NCBI RefSeq assembly: GCF_000973505.1
Contig: NZ_CP010048.1
Span: 690,001-722,000 of the forward strand
DNA: 32,000 nt
Direction of reading: 5' to 3'
DNA from: Candidatus Saccharimonadota bacterium
GTDB taxonomy: Bacteria; Pseudomonadota; Gammaproteobacteria; Enterobacterales; Enterobacteriaceae
Position numbers and translations under genes: made by a program. Below the pieces are notes generated by a model. It saw nothing but the letters and a program-made list of their open reading frames with translations, made no database searches and was not told where the DNA came from. The number at the start of each line of letters is the position of its first letter. Within the stretch, counting starts at the first letter, position 1. Shown piece after piece: positions 9,715-18,546 of this stretch.

Positions 9715-11376
9715 CTATCCAATCAACATGACATCATTAGCAGCTCCTGGAGGTACTAACGGCCAAACATTATCAAATTCATTAATTATCACATGTAACA
9801 AAAAAGGAACTGCATCAGCAAACAATATATTAATTGCATTCTCAATTTGATCCTTATTGGATATAGACAAAGAACCAATCCCAAATGACTGAGCTAATAT
9901 AACAAAATCAGGATTATCAAACAAACTTGTTTCACAATAACGTTTATCAAAAAATAATTCTTGCCACTGTCGTACCATACCCAAACGTTTATTATCTAAT
10001 AAAATAATTTTGACAGGTAATTTTTTCCTCTTAATGGTACCTAATTCCTGCACATTCATCATAAAAGAACCATCACCAGAAATACATATTACTGTACTCT
10101 GAGGACGACCAACTTGCGCTCCTATAGCTGCTGGTATACCAAACCCCATTGATCCCAGACCACTAGAAGTAATAAAATTTTCTGGATAACTAAATTTCAT
10201 ATGCTGAGCAACCCACATTTGATGTTGCCCAACATCTGTAGTGACAATAGTATCACTTGGAAGATGATCACTAATATGTTTTAAAAAAACTGGAACAGAA
10301 ATAGATTGATTACCTACATTATCATCATATAACCAACGATATTTTTGCCTTAAATCCTGCACTTCTAATCTCCAAGCATCAATAGATAACGACTGAGACA
10401 ACTTTTCCAAAAAATCTTTTAAATTACCTAACAAAGTTACATCTGCACGACGTAATTTATTAAACTCAGATGGATCAATATCCAAATGAATAACTTTTGC
10501 CATGGGAGCAAAAGAACTAACTAAACCAGTTACACGATCATCAAAACGAGCACCTATAGCAATTAATAAATCACATCTTTGAACAACCAAATTAGCAGCT
10601 CGATTACCGTGCATACCTAACATGCCTAAATAGCACGGATCATGATAATCTACAGACCCTAAACCTTTCAAAGTCACCACAACTGGTATACCTGTCACAC
10701 AAATAAATTCACGTAATTTCAAAACTGATCCTGAAATACCAACACCCCCCCCAACATATAATACTGGCCTAAGAGATTTAGTAATTAATGAAAATGCTAC
10801 ATCTACACCCGCATTTGATACCACTTTACTATCAATACAAGCTGTTTCTGAACTTAAAAAATTACAATTTATATTATTATCAGTCAATAATTGAATATCT
10901 TTAGGAATATCAATTAATACCGGGCCAGGTCTACCACTGGTAGCAATAATAAATGCTTGCTGAATAATATTAGATAATGCACATAAAGATTCCACCAAAA
11001 AACTATGCTTTGTACAAGCTAAAGATAAACCAAGAACATCAATTTCCTGAAAAGCATCAGTACCAATAAAATTTAGCCCAACCTGACCAGTAATAGCAAT
11101 CACTGGTACAGAATCTAAAAGTGCGTCAGCTAATCCAGTAACAAGATTGGTAGCACCTGGCCCAGAAGTAGCAAAACATACACCTACCTTACCAGTTGCA
11201 CGTGCATACCCAATCGCTGCAAAAATAGCACCTTGTTCATGGCGACACAATAAATGTTCTATCCCCCCATCAAATAAAGCATCATATATTGGCATTATAG
11301 CACCACCAGGATATCCAAAAACTACATCAACACCATGATCCTTTAATAATTGAACCACCCATTGAGCTCCATTCAT
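9715..11376 (-). CDS. ilvG: Acetolactate synthase II large subunit (intact, not frameshifted)
   Basis: It is collinear with E. coli IlvG from MNGAQWVV through the ThDP motif [14 protein letters not shown] to VWPLVPPGA. The open frame reaches an ATG at 11391 ([10 protein letters not shown]). The ATG at 11376 matches the E. coli start and has GAGG 9 nt upstream. Confidence 0.95.
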   Translation of the reverse strand: MNGAQWVVQLLKDHGVDVVFGYPGGAIMPIYDALFDGGIEHLLCRHEQGAIFAAIGYARATGKVGVCFATSGPGATNLVTGLADALLDSVPVIAITGQVGLNFIGTDAFQEIDVLGLSLACTKHSFLVESLCALSNIIQQAFIIATSGRPGPVLIDIPKDIQLLTDNNINCNFLSSETACIDSKVVSNAGVDVAFSLITKSLRPVLYVGGGVGISGSVLKLREFICVTGIPVVVTLKGLGSVDYHDPCYLGMLGMHGNRAANLVVQRCDLLIAIGARFDDRVTGLVSSFAPMAKVIHLDIDPSEFNKLRRADVTLLGNLKDFLEKLSQSLSIDAWRLEVQDLRQKYRWLYDDNVGNQSISVPVFLKHISDHLPSDTIVTTDVGQHQMWVAQHMKFSYPENFITSSGLGSMGFGIPAAIGAQVGRPQSTVICISGDGSFMMNVQELGTIKRKKLPVKIILLDNKRLGMVRQWQELFFDKRYCETSLFDNPDFVILAQSFGIGSLSISNKDQIENAINILFADAVPFLLHVIINEFDNVWPLVPPGAANDVMLIG

Positions 11377-12469
11377 ATTACACTGCCTCATATTATTTAT
11401 ACTATTTATGATGCTATTTTTTATATAATGATACCTAAAATATTAATAGTAATTTAATATATTAATAAAAAACATAATAATTAATATGTTTAATTTTATT
11501 TTTTATAAATAATCATATGACACATAAAAATCAATTAATTATTTCTAACATTAGCCCACAAACTATTTTACAACAAATAACAAATAAACTAACAACACAA
11601 TAAAAAACAACACACTTTATATTAATTACTTGTGACTCTCATTCAATTACATAATGAAAATCAATAAACTACATGACACTGATAACTAATTTAAACACAA
11701 CAATAATAAAAAATAATACAAATAAAATCTCTAACTAATAACATAATTGTTTTATTCTAAATAACAAATTACAAATATCATTAATATAAATATGAAACAT
11801 AAATAAAATTACATATTAAATAAAATAAATCAAATAATTTACAAAAATATATCAAATATATCTCGTTCACTCTAAACATCATATTGTTAAAATATTCCTA
11901 AATACTAATACAATATATAATTAAAATATTAATAAATATAAAATAATCACACTCACAAAACACCAACCACGACAAATTACCATCGTAATATTAATCCTCT
12001 TTTAAACAATACTTAAAATAAATAAATTACCTAAAAAAATTTAACATACAAACACTACATATAAACAAAAACAAAAAACGAACAAACAAAAAAACACATT
12101 ACTTCTCATCAATATTATATGGTATATAACAATCACTCATTCAAACTTAAATTTAGTATATTTCATGTTTGTTTAAATATAATACACACTTGCACTCATA
12201 CTATATCACTATATCAATATCAACACACTCCTGTAATCCATTAATAACAAAAATATTAATCGTTTAATTAATATTATAACATTTAAAAACATAATCACAC
12301 TATAATAAATATAAAATTTATATATCAACACTATCAACACAATATGAAAACAACAAAAAAAATAACACCATACTCTATCATCTTAAGATAGTATCTTAAA
12401 TCTTAAAATATAACAAAATCGTGATTAACCGAATAAGTATAACAACTATAAACGACTAAAAAAACCAAA

Positions 12470-12543
12470 CAGGGGTGAAGAGACTTGAACTCCCAACTTC
12501 CGGTTTTGGAGACCGCCGTTCTACCAAATTGAACTACACCCCT
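12470..12543 (-). tRNA. trpT: tRNA-Trp (anticodon CCA)
   Basis: The reverse complement reads AGGGGTGTAGTTCAATTTGGTAGAACGGCGGTCTCCAAAACCGGAAGTTGGGAGTTCAAGTCTCTTCACCCCTG and closely matches E. coli trpT. The anticodon loop is CTCCAAA. CCA is not encoded. Confidence 0.92.
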
Positions 12544-12549
12544 TTAATC

Positions 12550-12626
12550 TGGCGGTGCGGACGGGATTCGAACCCGCGACCCCCGGCGTGACAGGCCAGT
12601 ATTCTTACCATCTGAACTACCGCACC
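12550..12626 (-). tRNA. aspT: tRNA-Asp (anticodon GUC), CCA encoded
   Basis: The reverse complement reads GGTGCGGTAGTTCAGATGGTAAGAATACTGGCCTGTCACGCCGGGGGTCGCGGGTTCGAATCCCGTCCGCACCGCCA. It is 77 nt and closely matches E. coli tRNA-Asp. It lies 6 nt upstream of tRNA-Trp, like the aspT-trpT pair distal to E. coli rrnC. Confidence 0.94.
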
Positions 12627-12698
12627 ATTATTTTATTATAATCAAAAACCATACACAAAAAAATACAACACGATCATCTGCCACGCATTAAAAATTAC

Positions 12699-12771
12699 TG
12701 GAGCTAAGCGGGATTGAACCGCTAACCCCCTGCGTGCAAAACAGGTGCTCTACCTATTGAGCTATAGCCCC
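12699..12771 (-). tRNA. tRNA-Ala (anticodon UGC)
   Basis: The reverse complement reads GGGGCTATAGCTCAATAGGTAGAGCACCTGTTTTGCACGCAGGGGGTTAGCGGTTCAATCCCGCTTAGCTCCA. It has the G3:U70 Ala identity pair (GGGGCTA/TAGCTCC) and anticodon loop TTTGCAC. It is the isoacceptor that normally sits in 16S-23S spacers. CCA is not encoded. Confidence 0.92.
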
Positions 12772-12924
12772 ATGAAATATAACCATACATCAGTAGTCAA
12801 ATAAATAATATTTTATTATATCATTAAACATAATAAACATCACACCATAGAAATATCACCGCTATAAAACAAAAACACACATACCAACATTATTAACATT
12901 TTACAATATCCAATATACAGTTAC

Positions 12925-13785
12925 TTATACCGATATCTCTGCCAAAGAAGAAAAACCATAACGATATAACACTAACGACCACTGCATAAACACTGTATCC
13001 GTAATAACAGAACAATACGCTTGATTTTCTATTGTTTTTACTCCAATATTTCCAACGTACATATTACTATTTTTTAATAAACAAGCAATACGATAAGCTA
13101 AATTTTTAGAAGAACCTACTAAACAAACTCTTTTTTGAAAAATCAATCGAAATTCATATTCTAAATGTAAAAAATGAGTACACCCCAGGATAATTGTATC
13201 AGGTTTCTTAGAAAGACTCAACCATGGACTAAAAATTTCATATAATAAATTAATAGAAACTTGTTTATTATTTAATACTTTATCTTCAACACAACGCACT
13301 AACTCAGAAGCACTTAATAACAAAATATTACAATGTGTTGATAATCGATTGATTATATTCAATATTAATTTACTATTGATGGTTCTGTAAGTTGCTAACA
13401 AACCCACAACACCATTACGCGTACACCTAATCCCTAATCGAATATCAGGTATTATGCCAATAATCGGAAAAAAAAAACAACTCCGCACTGTTTCTAAAAA
13501 CGTCACTGTTGCAGTATTACAAGCAATAATTACCAAATCTAACTTATGATATCGACATACCGCCCTAAAAATACTATTCACACGATCTAATATAGATAAG
13601 TGTGAACTTTCACCATAAGGAAACACCTCATTATCAAAAAAATATAAATAACGTATATAAGGTAATAACACTCTAAGTTCCTGATAAATAGATAAACCAC
13701 CTACTCCAGAATCAAATATTAAAACTGTTAACTGATGATTATTTAATCTAACGCAACAATTTATATCATTAACAACAACAACCAT
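12925..13785 (-). CDS. murI: Glutamate racemase
   Basis: This is a 286-aa ORF with an ATG start. Diagnostic motifs are FDSGVGGLS, the catalytic IACNTAT and LGCTHF. It is collinear with E. coli MurI, and the long E. coli N-terminal extension is shortened here. Confidence 0.93.
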   Translation of the reverse strand: MVVVVNDINCCVRLNNHQLTVLIFDSGVGGLSIYQELRVLLPYIRYLYFFDNEVFPYGESSHLSILDRVNSIFRAVCRYHKLDLVIIACNTATVTFLETVRSCFFFPIIGIIPDIRLGIRCTRNGVVGLLATYRTINSKLILNIINRLSTHCNILLLSASELVRCVEDKVLNNKQVSINLLYEIFSPWLSLSKKPDTIILGCTHFLHLEYEFRLIFQKRVCLVGSSKNLAYRIACLLKNSNMYVGNIGVKTIENQAYCSVITDTVFMQWSLVLYRYGFSSLAEISV

Positions 13786-14046
13786 GCCAATATACTCATA
13801 TACAAAAATTTCTAAATATCACAATTTTAACCAAAATCATTAAAAAATAATCATTATACACCAATAACATTAACTATATTAACCTACAATCACAAATAGC
13901 ATTAAATAATAACTACCCAGCAAGCAATTCATCATTACACACCTTAAATAACACCACTAATCAGATTATTAACAAAATACTATCACAACAATTACATTTT
14001 ACTACAAAAAATAAAAAACTAATATATTCTATCATATCAAACTGAA

Positions 14047-14946
14047 CTAAACACCTTTACTATTTTTTCTTACACCTAACATAGAACATATAGCATAAGT
14101 AAGTTCAAAACGATTTAAAGTATAAAAATGAAAATCCCTAACTTCTTCACGAATTAAAATCCGTATTATTTCCATAGCAATGACAATACCAATCATTTTT
14201 TGAGTATTTTTATCAGACTCTAACCCATCAAACACACTTAAAACCCATCTTGGCAACACTACTCGAGTAAAAGTTAAAAAACGCTTTAATTGACAAAAAT
14301 CAAACACAGGTAAAATACCAGGTACAATTGGAATTGATATGCCAGAAGATACACATAAATCTCGAAATTTTAAATATTTTTCAACATCAAAAAAAAATTG
14401 AGTAATCGCACGATTAGCCCCAGCATCAATTTTCTTTTTCAAATACAATAAATCAGATTGTGCACTAATTGCTTCAGGATGTACCTCTGGATAAGCTGCA
14501 ACAGAAATATCAAAATTGGCAATTCTTTTCAATAACACAACTAAATCTATAGCATACATAGCTGATTGACAAACCTTATCCACAGGATCACCTCTTAATG
14601 CTACAATATGCCGGATACCATTATTCCAATATTTTTCAGCTAAAGCTGTTAATTGCTGCAATGTAACATCAATGCATGTTAAATGAGGTGCAACTGTCCA
14701 ACCAGTACGACACTTAATCTCCTGAATAATATTATAAACATAATCACTATTTCTAAAATTCACACCAGAAGTAACAGAAACAAACACAGGTGCTAATTCG
14801 GATAATTTTGTAATAGATTGCCAAAAAATTTTCTTCATCCCTTCATTATGAGGCGGGAAAAACTCAAATGAAACATTAATACCATTGGATACATTTAACA
14901 TAAATTGATCATCTAATAATTCTGAACCAACATATAATACATCCAT
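14047..14946 (-). CDS. metF: 5,10-methylenetetrahydrofolate reductase
   Basis: This is a 299-aa ORF with an ATG start. It is collinear with E. coli MetF (NVSFEFFPP, APHLTCID, NGIRHIVALRGD, DISVAAYPEVHPEA, DAGANRAITQFFFD, FHFYTLNR). Confidence 0.96.
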   Translation of the reverse strand: MDVLYVGSELLDDQFMLNVSNGINVSFEFFPPHNEGMKKIFWQSITKLSELAPVFVSVTSGVNFRNSDYVYNIIQEIKCRTGWTVAPHLTCIDVTLQQLTALAEKYWNNGIRHIVALRGDPVDKVCQSAMYAIDLVVLLKRIANFDISVAAYPEVHPEAISAQSDLLYLKKKIDAGANRAITQFFFDVEKYLKFRDLCVSSGISIPIVPGILPVFDFCQLKRFLTFTRVVLPRWVLSVFDGLESDKNTQKMIGIVIAMEIIRILIREEVRDFHFYTLNRFELTYAICSMLGVRKNSKGV

Positions 14947-15663
14947 ATTATCCCCTAGCTAGTAACTTAAACATCATATAAAATAATGATTTTATTCGTA
15001 CTAATAAAATAATATTGATATCTATTCTATTCGTAATAAAATATTAATTCAAAATTAAAAACACTGAACAATACTACCAATAATTAAAAAATTTACTTAG
15101 CAATCAATCTACTTTTGTCTATTCAATAAAATATTTTATAAAAATATTTACTCATTTTTTTAATTACAAAATATATACACCAAAACATAAAATAGTAAAA
15201 AAAACTAAGAAATATATTTTAAAATATAAATTACAACATCTCGAATAAGATCACATAAAAATATTTTACATATAAATAAAATTAAATAATACGTATTAAA
15301 TAGATAATTTATACTTTTAACAACACAACATTTCAAACTAATATTACATTGTCTACCATCATAAATAATACATCATATTTAATAACACAAACGAATAAGA
15401 TTTTTATAATATTCATACACAAAATAACAAAAAAAATCATATTCGATAAATCTTTCAAATATTTTAAATTAAAACATAAATTCTAAACTTCAACACCAAC
15501 TATCATCAAATAACATTTCACAAACTAAATTTTTTTTAAAAATATACAAATATTATAAAATACTTTACCAAACTTAATTTAATACGAAAACAGTAATACA
15601 CCCATTGTATATTTAAGTATATATTTTTAATACCTTAATCTAATCAAACGTCACTAATATACA

Positions 15664-16833
15664 CTACATGATACCTAACGCATTCTTTAAATCATAAATT
15701 AAATCATTACTATCCTCAATACCCACAGAAACACGAAATAATCTATCACTTATACCAGCCCTATCACGCACTTCCTTAGACATAGCCGCATGAGTCATAG
15801 TAGCAGGATGTGCAATCAAACTTTCTACACCACCAAACGACTCAGCCAAAGTAAATAATCTTAAAGAAGACAAGAAATCGTCAATACTAACCTTAGTAAT
15901 ATCCAATTCAAAACTAAATATTGCACCAAAACCACGTTGTTGTTGAACAGCAATATTATAACCACTATTATTTAATAATCCCGGATAATACAAAATCTCT
16001 ATTTGTGGCACATTTTCTAAAAAACAAATAATATCTTGAGCATTACGTTGTTGTTGTAAAATACGAGGCGTTAACGTACGAACACCCCGTAACAATTGAT
16101 AACTATCAAAAGCACTAGCACTAATACCTAAAACATTAGCCCACCATGTTAACTCAGATAAATACTTAGAATCTTTAACAACAACAACTCCAGATACTAA
16201 ATCAGAATGCCCATTTAAATATTTTGTACAGGAATGTATCACTAAATCAGCCCCTAAAACTAACGGCTGTTGAAACACCGGACTCATAAAAGTATTATCC
16301 ACAATACATAAAGCATTTTTATTACTCTCATGAACCATTTTACAAATAGCAGAAATATCCACAACACGCAACAATGGATTACTTGGAGTTTCAATAAAAA
16401 CTAATTTCAGACGAGGAGATAATGAGAGTTTCATTAATAAACAATAATCACTTTGATCAACAAAATTCACTTCATATAAACCACGTTCATGCAAAGCACA
16501 TAACAGCCTATAAGTGCCACCATAACAATCATGCGGTGCTATTACTAAATCACCAGGCTTTAAAAAAGTCATACATATCAAATAAATAGCAGACATGCCA
16601 CTACTTGTTATAATTGAACCAATTCCACCAGTTTCCAATTCCGCTAACAATCTTTGCACAACATCACGTGTTGGATTACTACGACGCGAATAATCATACG
16701 CACGAGGTTTATTAAAGCCTAAAAAATTATATGTGCTAGAAAGAGTAATAGGAGGAACAACGCAACCATATTGTTCATCATTATTTAATCCTGCACGTAC
16801 CGATACTGTTGCCTGACTAAATTTACGATCCAT
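15664..16833 (-). CDS. metB: Cystathionine gamma-synthase (O-succinylhomoserine lyase)
   Basis: This is a 389-aa ORF with an ATG start. It is collinear with E. coli MetB (DEQYGCVVPPI, YSRRSNPTRDV, HDCYGGTYRL, the PLP-lysine context HSCTKYLNGHSD, and LAESFGGVESLIAHPATMTHA). Confidence 0.95.
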   Translation of the reverse strand: MDRKFSQATVSVRAGLNNDEQYGCVVPPITLSSTYNFLGFNKPRAYDYSRRSNPTRDVVQRLLAELETGGIGSIITSSGMSAIYLICMTFLKPGDLVIAPHDCYGGTYRLLCALHERGLYEVNFVDQSDYCLLMKLSLSPRLKLVFIETPSNPLLRVVDISAICKMVHESNKNALCIVDNTFMSPVFQQPLVLGADLVIHSCTKYLNGHSDLVSGVVVVKDSKYLSELTWWANVLGISASAFDSYQLLRGVRTLTPRILQQQRNAQDIICFLENVPQIEILYYPGLLNNSGYNIAVQQQRGFGAIFSFELDITKVSIDDFLSSLRLFTLAESFGGVESLIAHPATMTHAAMSKEVRDRAGISDRLFRVSVGIEDSNDLIYDLKNALGIM

Positions 16834-17198
16834 TCAAAATGCCCATTTACACAACAAAACAAAACATATTTACTAATACTAAGTATGTAAAATACCCTCA
16901 ACATTCAAAATATTTAATTATACAACATAAAAAAACATCAAAAAACTCAGTATACATGAATTTACCATTTTAATATAACATATTAAACATAATATTACAA
17001 ATACTCATCAATTATTCTAAAAAAATTTAAAAAATTAATACAAATTAATGTAACTGAATCTCCTTTAAACAAACAACTCACACAACACTTTTCGAACATA
17101 CTAAAATAATATTACATTCAATATACTACTAATTCACCAGCATAATATTTACATAAACACAAATATCTTAATGTTTAACAAAAATATTTTTTCATAAT

Positions 17199-17411
17199 TT
17201 ATGAACGAAATAACATATTAAAACGTTTATTAAATTTATTTATACGACCATGAGAATCAATAGTACGTTGTTTGCCAGTATAAAATGGATGACAAGCACA
17301 ACACACATCTAGCACTATATCACGACTTAAAGTAGACTTGACACTAATCACATTACCACATGAACAAACTGCAGTAATTTTACCATATTTCGGATGAATA
17401 CCATATTTCAC
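17199..17411 (-). CDS. rpmE: 50S ribosomal protein L31 (zinc-ribbon type)
   Basis: The 70-aa product [20 protein letters not shown]...[15 protein letters not shown]...NKFNKRF aligns residue for residue with E. coli L31. The four Zn-ligand Cys positions are retained. The start codon is GTG (reverse complement of 17409-17411) at the position homologous to the E. coli ATG. Confidence 0.95.
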   Translation of the reverse strand: MKYGIHPKYGKITAVCSCGNVISVKSTLSRDIVLDVCCACHPFYTGKQRTIDSHGRINKFNKRFNMLFRS

Positions 17412-17882
17412 AATAATACTCCAAAAATTAAGCGACCAATCTTTGTCTATTAAATAAAGACATTTAAATCAATCATATTTTATTTTTTCAAACACATAAT
17501 ATATTGTAATTATAATACCACATATAACCAAAAATAAAATAAATAACAAAACACTTAAAATAAAATCATGATCATTATTTCATATAATAGAGAACATCAC
17601 TACGCTATAATTGTATTTAAATAATTTACACAAAATAACATTTTACTTTAAAAAATATACAAAACTAAAAAAAATCAACAACATATTATACAATTTTTAC
17701 ATACATACTTACATCATCAATATCTTAATGTTTAAAACATTTAAACTGCACATTCAATGAAATAGAAAATACTCAACATAAATAACAAAACAATACAAAT
17801 TAAGTCATTAATATAATTGACAAATATTCACATTTGAATACAATGCATAACATTGTAGTTTTTATTAAAATTTTACAACCTA

Positions 17883-18167
17883 ATGATTAATAAAGATTAT
17901 GTATATATAAACACCTTCCAATATAAAATAAAAAAAAATAAAAATTATTTCATAAAAACATTATACTTAATCATCACTTGGATATTGATCGGTATACTGA
18001 TTTTGCTAAATTGTTTTTGTACATATAAAAAAACATATATCAAAAATTCAAATATTACAACCACTGAACACATCACAAACAACCAACAGCAAATAAACGT
18101 AAAAATACAAACACTAAAAGAACGATGGAAATATATTGAAACACTACACAATCTGAATGCTGAATAA
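17883..18167 (+). CDS. ftsN: Truncated (minimal) cell-division protein FtsN: cytoplasmic tail, TM helix and essential-domain motif only
   Basis: The ORF runs ATG to TAA and encodes 94 aa. MINKDYV matches E. coli MAQRDYV and there is a basic patch KIKKNK. There is one TM helix, LYLIITWILIGILILLNCFCTY. KERWKYIETL matches E. coli EERWRYIKEL (W83/Y85/L89). Its location and orientation, divergent from rpmE, match E. coli ftsN once priA and cytR are deleted. G/T-rich TM codons sit in an otherwise G-poor strand. Confidence 0.68.
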   Translation: MINKDYVYINTFQYKIKKNKNYFIKTLYLIITWILIGILILLNCFCTYKKTYIKNSNITTTEHITNNQQQINVKIQTLKERWKYIETLHNLNAE

Positions 18168-18260
18168 ATAATAATACACACACGATGAATTTATTATATT
18201 AACATATAATATAATAATAATACATACACATAACATAATAGATTTATTATATTAACATAT
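18168..18260. repeat. Imperfect tandem direct repeat (two units of about 40-47 nt) with a perfect 19-nt core
   Basis: The core ATTTATTATATTAACATAT occurs at 18189-18207 and again at 18242-18260. Both copies are preceded by ATAATAATACA(C/T)ACAC...-type sequence. The repeat starts immediately after the mini-ftsN stop codon. Confidence 0.6.
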
Positions 18261-18546
18261 CATCCATCCGCAGAATAATAATCTAAATTAGCAATATTTT
18301 ACATACTACAATATAAAATTACAAAAATATAAAAAATCACAATATAATAAAAAAAAATACGAACATATTCATCATATCACTCATAATACTCTACATAAAA
18401 TAATCAACACTTCAAAAAATATTTTTAAAATATACTTAACATTATTAATTAAAAAATACCTCATTCAAAAACAAACAATCATAGCGTATAACACTAATCA
18501 TAACACTTCAAATAAAAACAACCAATTCTACCATGGAGACAAAATA

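Noticed and set aside
11443-11551. Mini-ORFs upstream of ilvG (MFFINILNYY, MCHMIIYKK, MLEIIN) as candidate ilvL-like attenuator leader peptides.
   Set aside because: They have no run of Ile/Leu/Val regulatory codons and no following GC-rich terminator or antiterminator hairpins. Such tiny ORFs are expected by chance.
12380-12389. Palindrome ATCTTAAGAT about 80 nt downstream (minus sense) of tRNA-Trp, as a possible terminator.
   Set aside because: It forms only a 4-bp AT-rich stem once a loop is allowed, and there is no U-tract. It is too weak to call.
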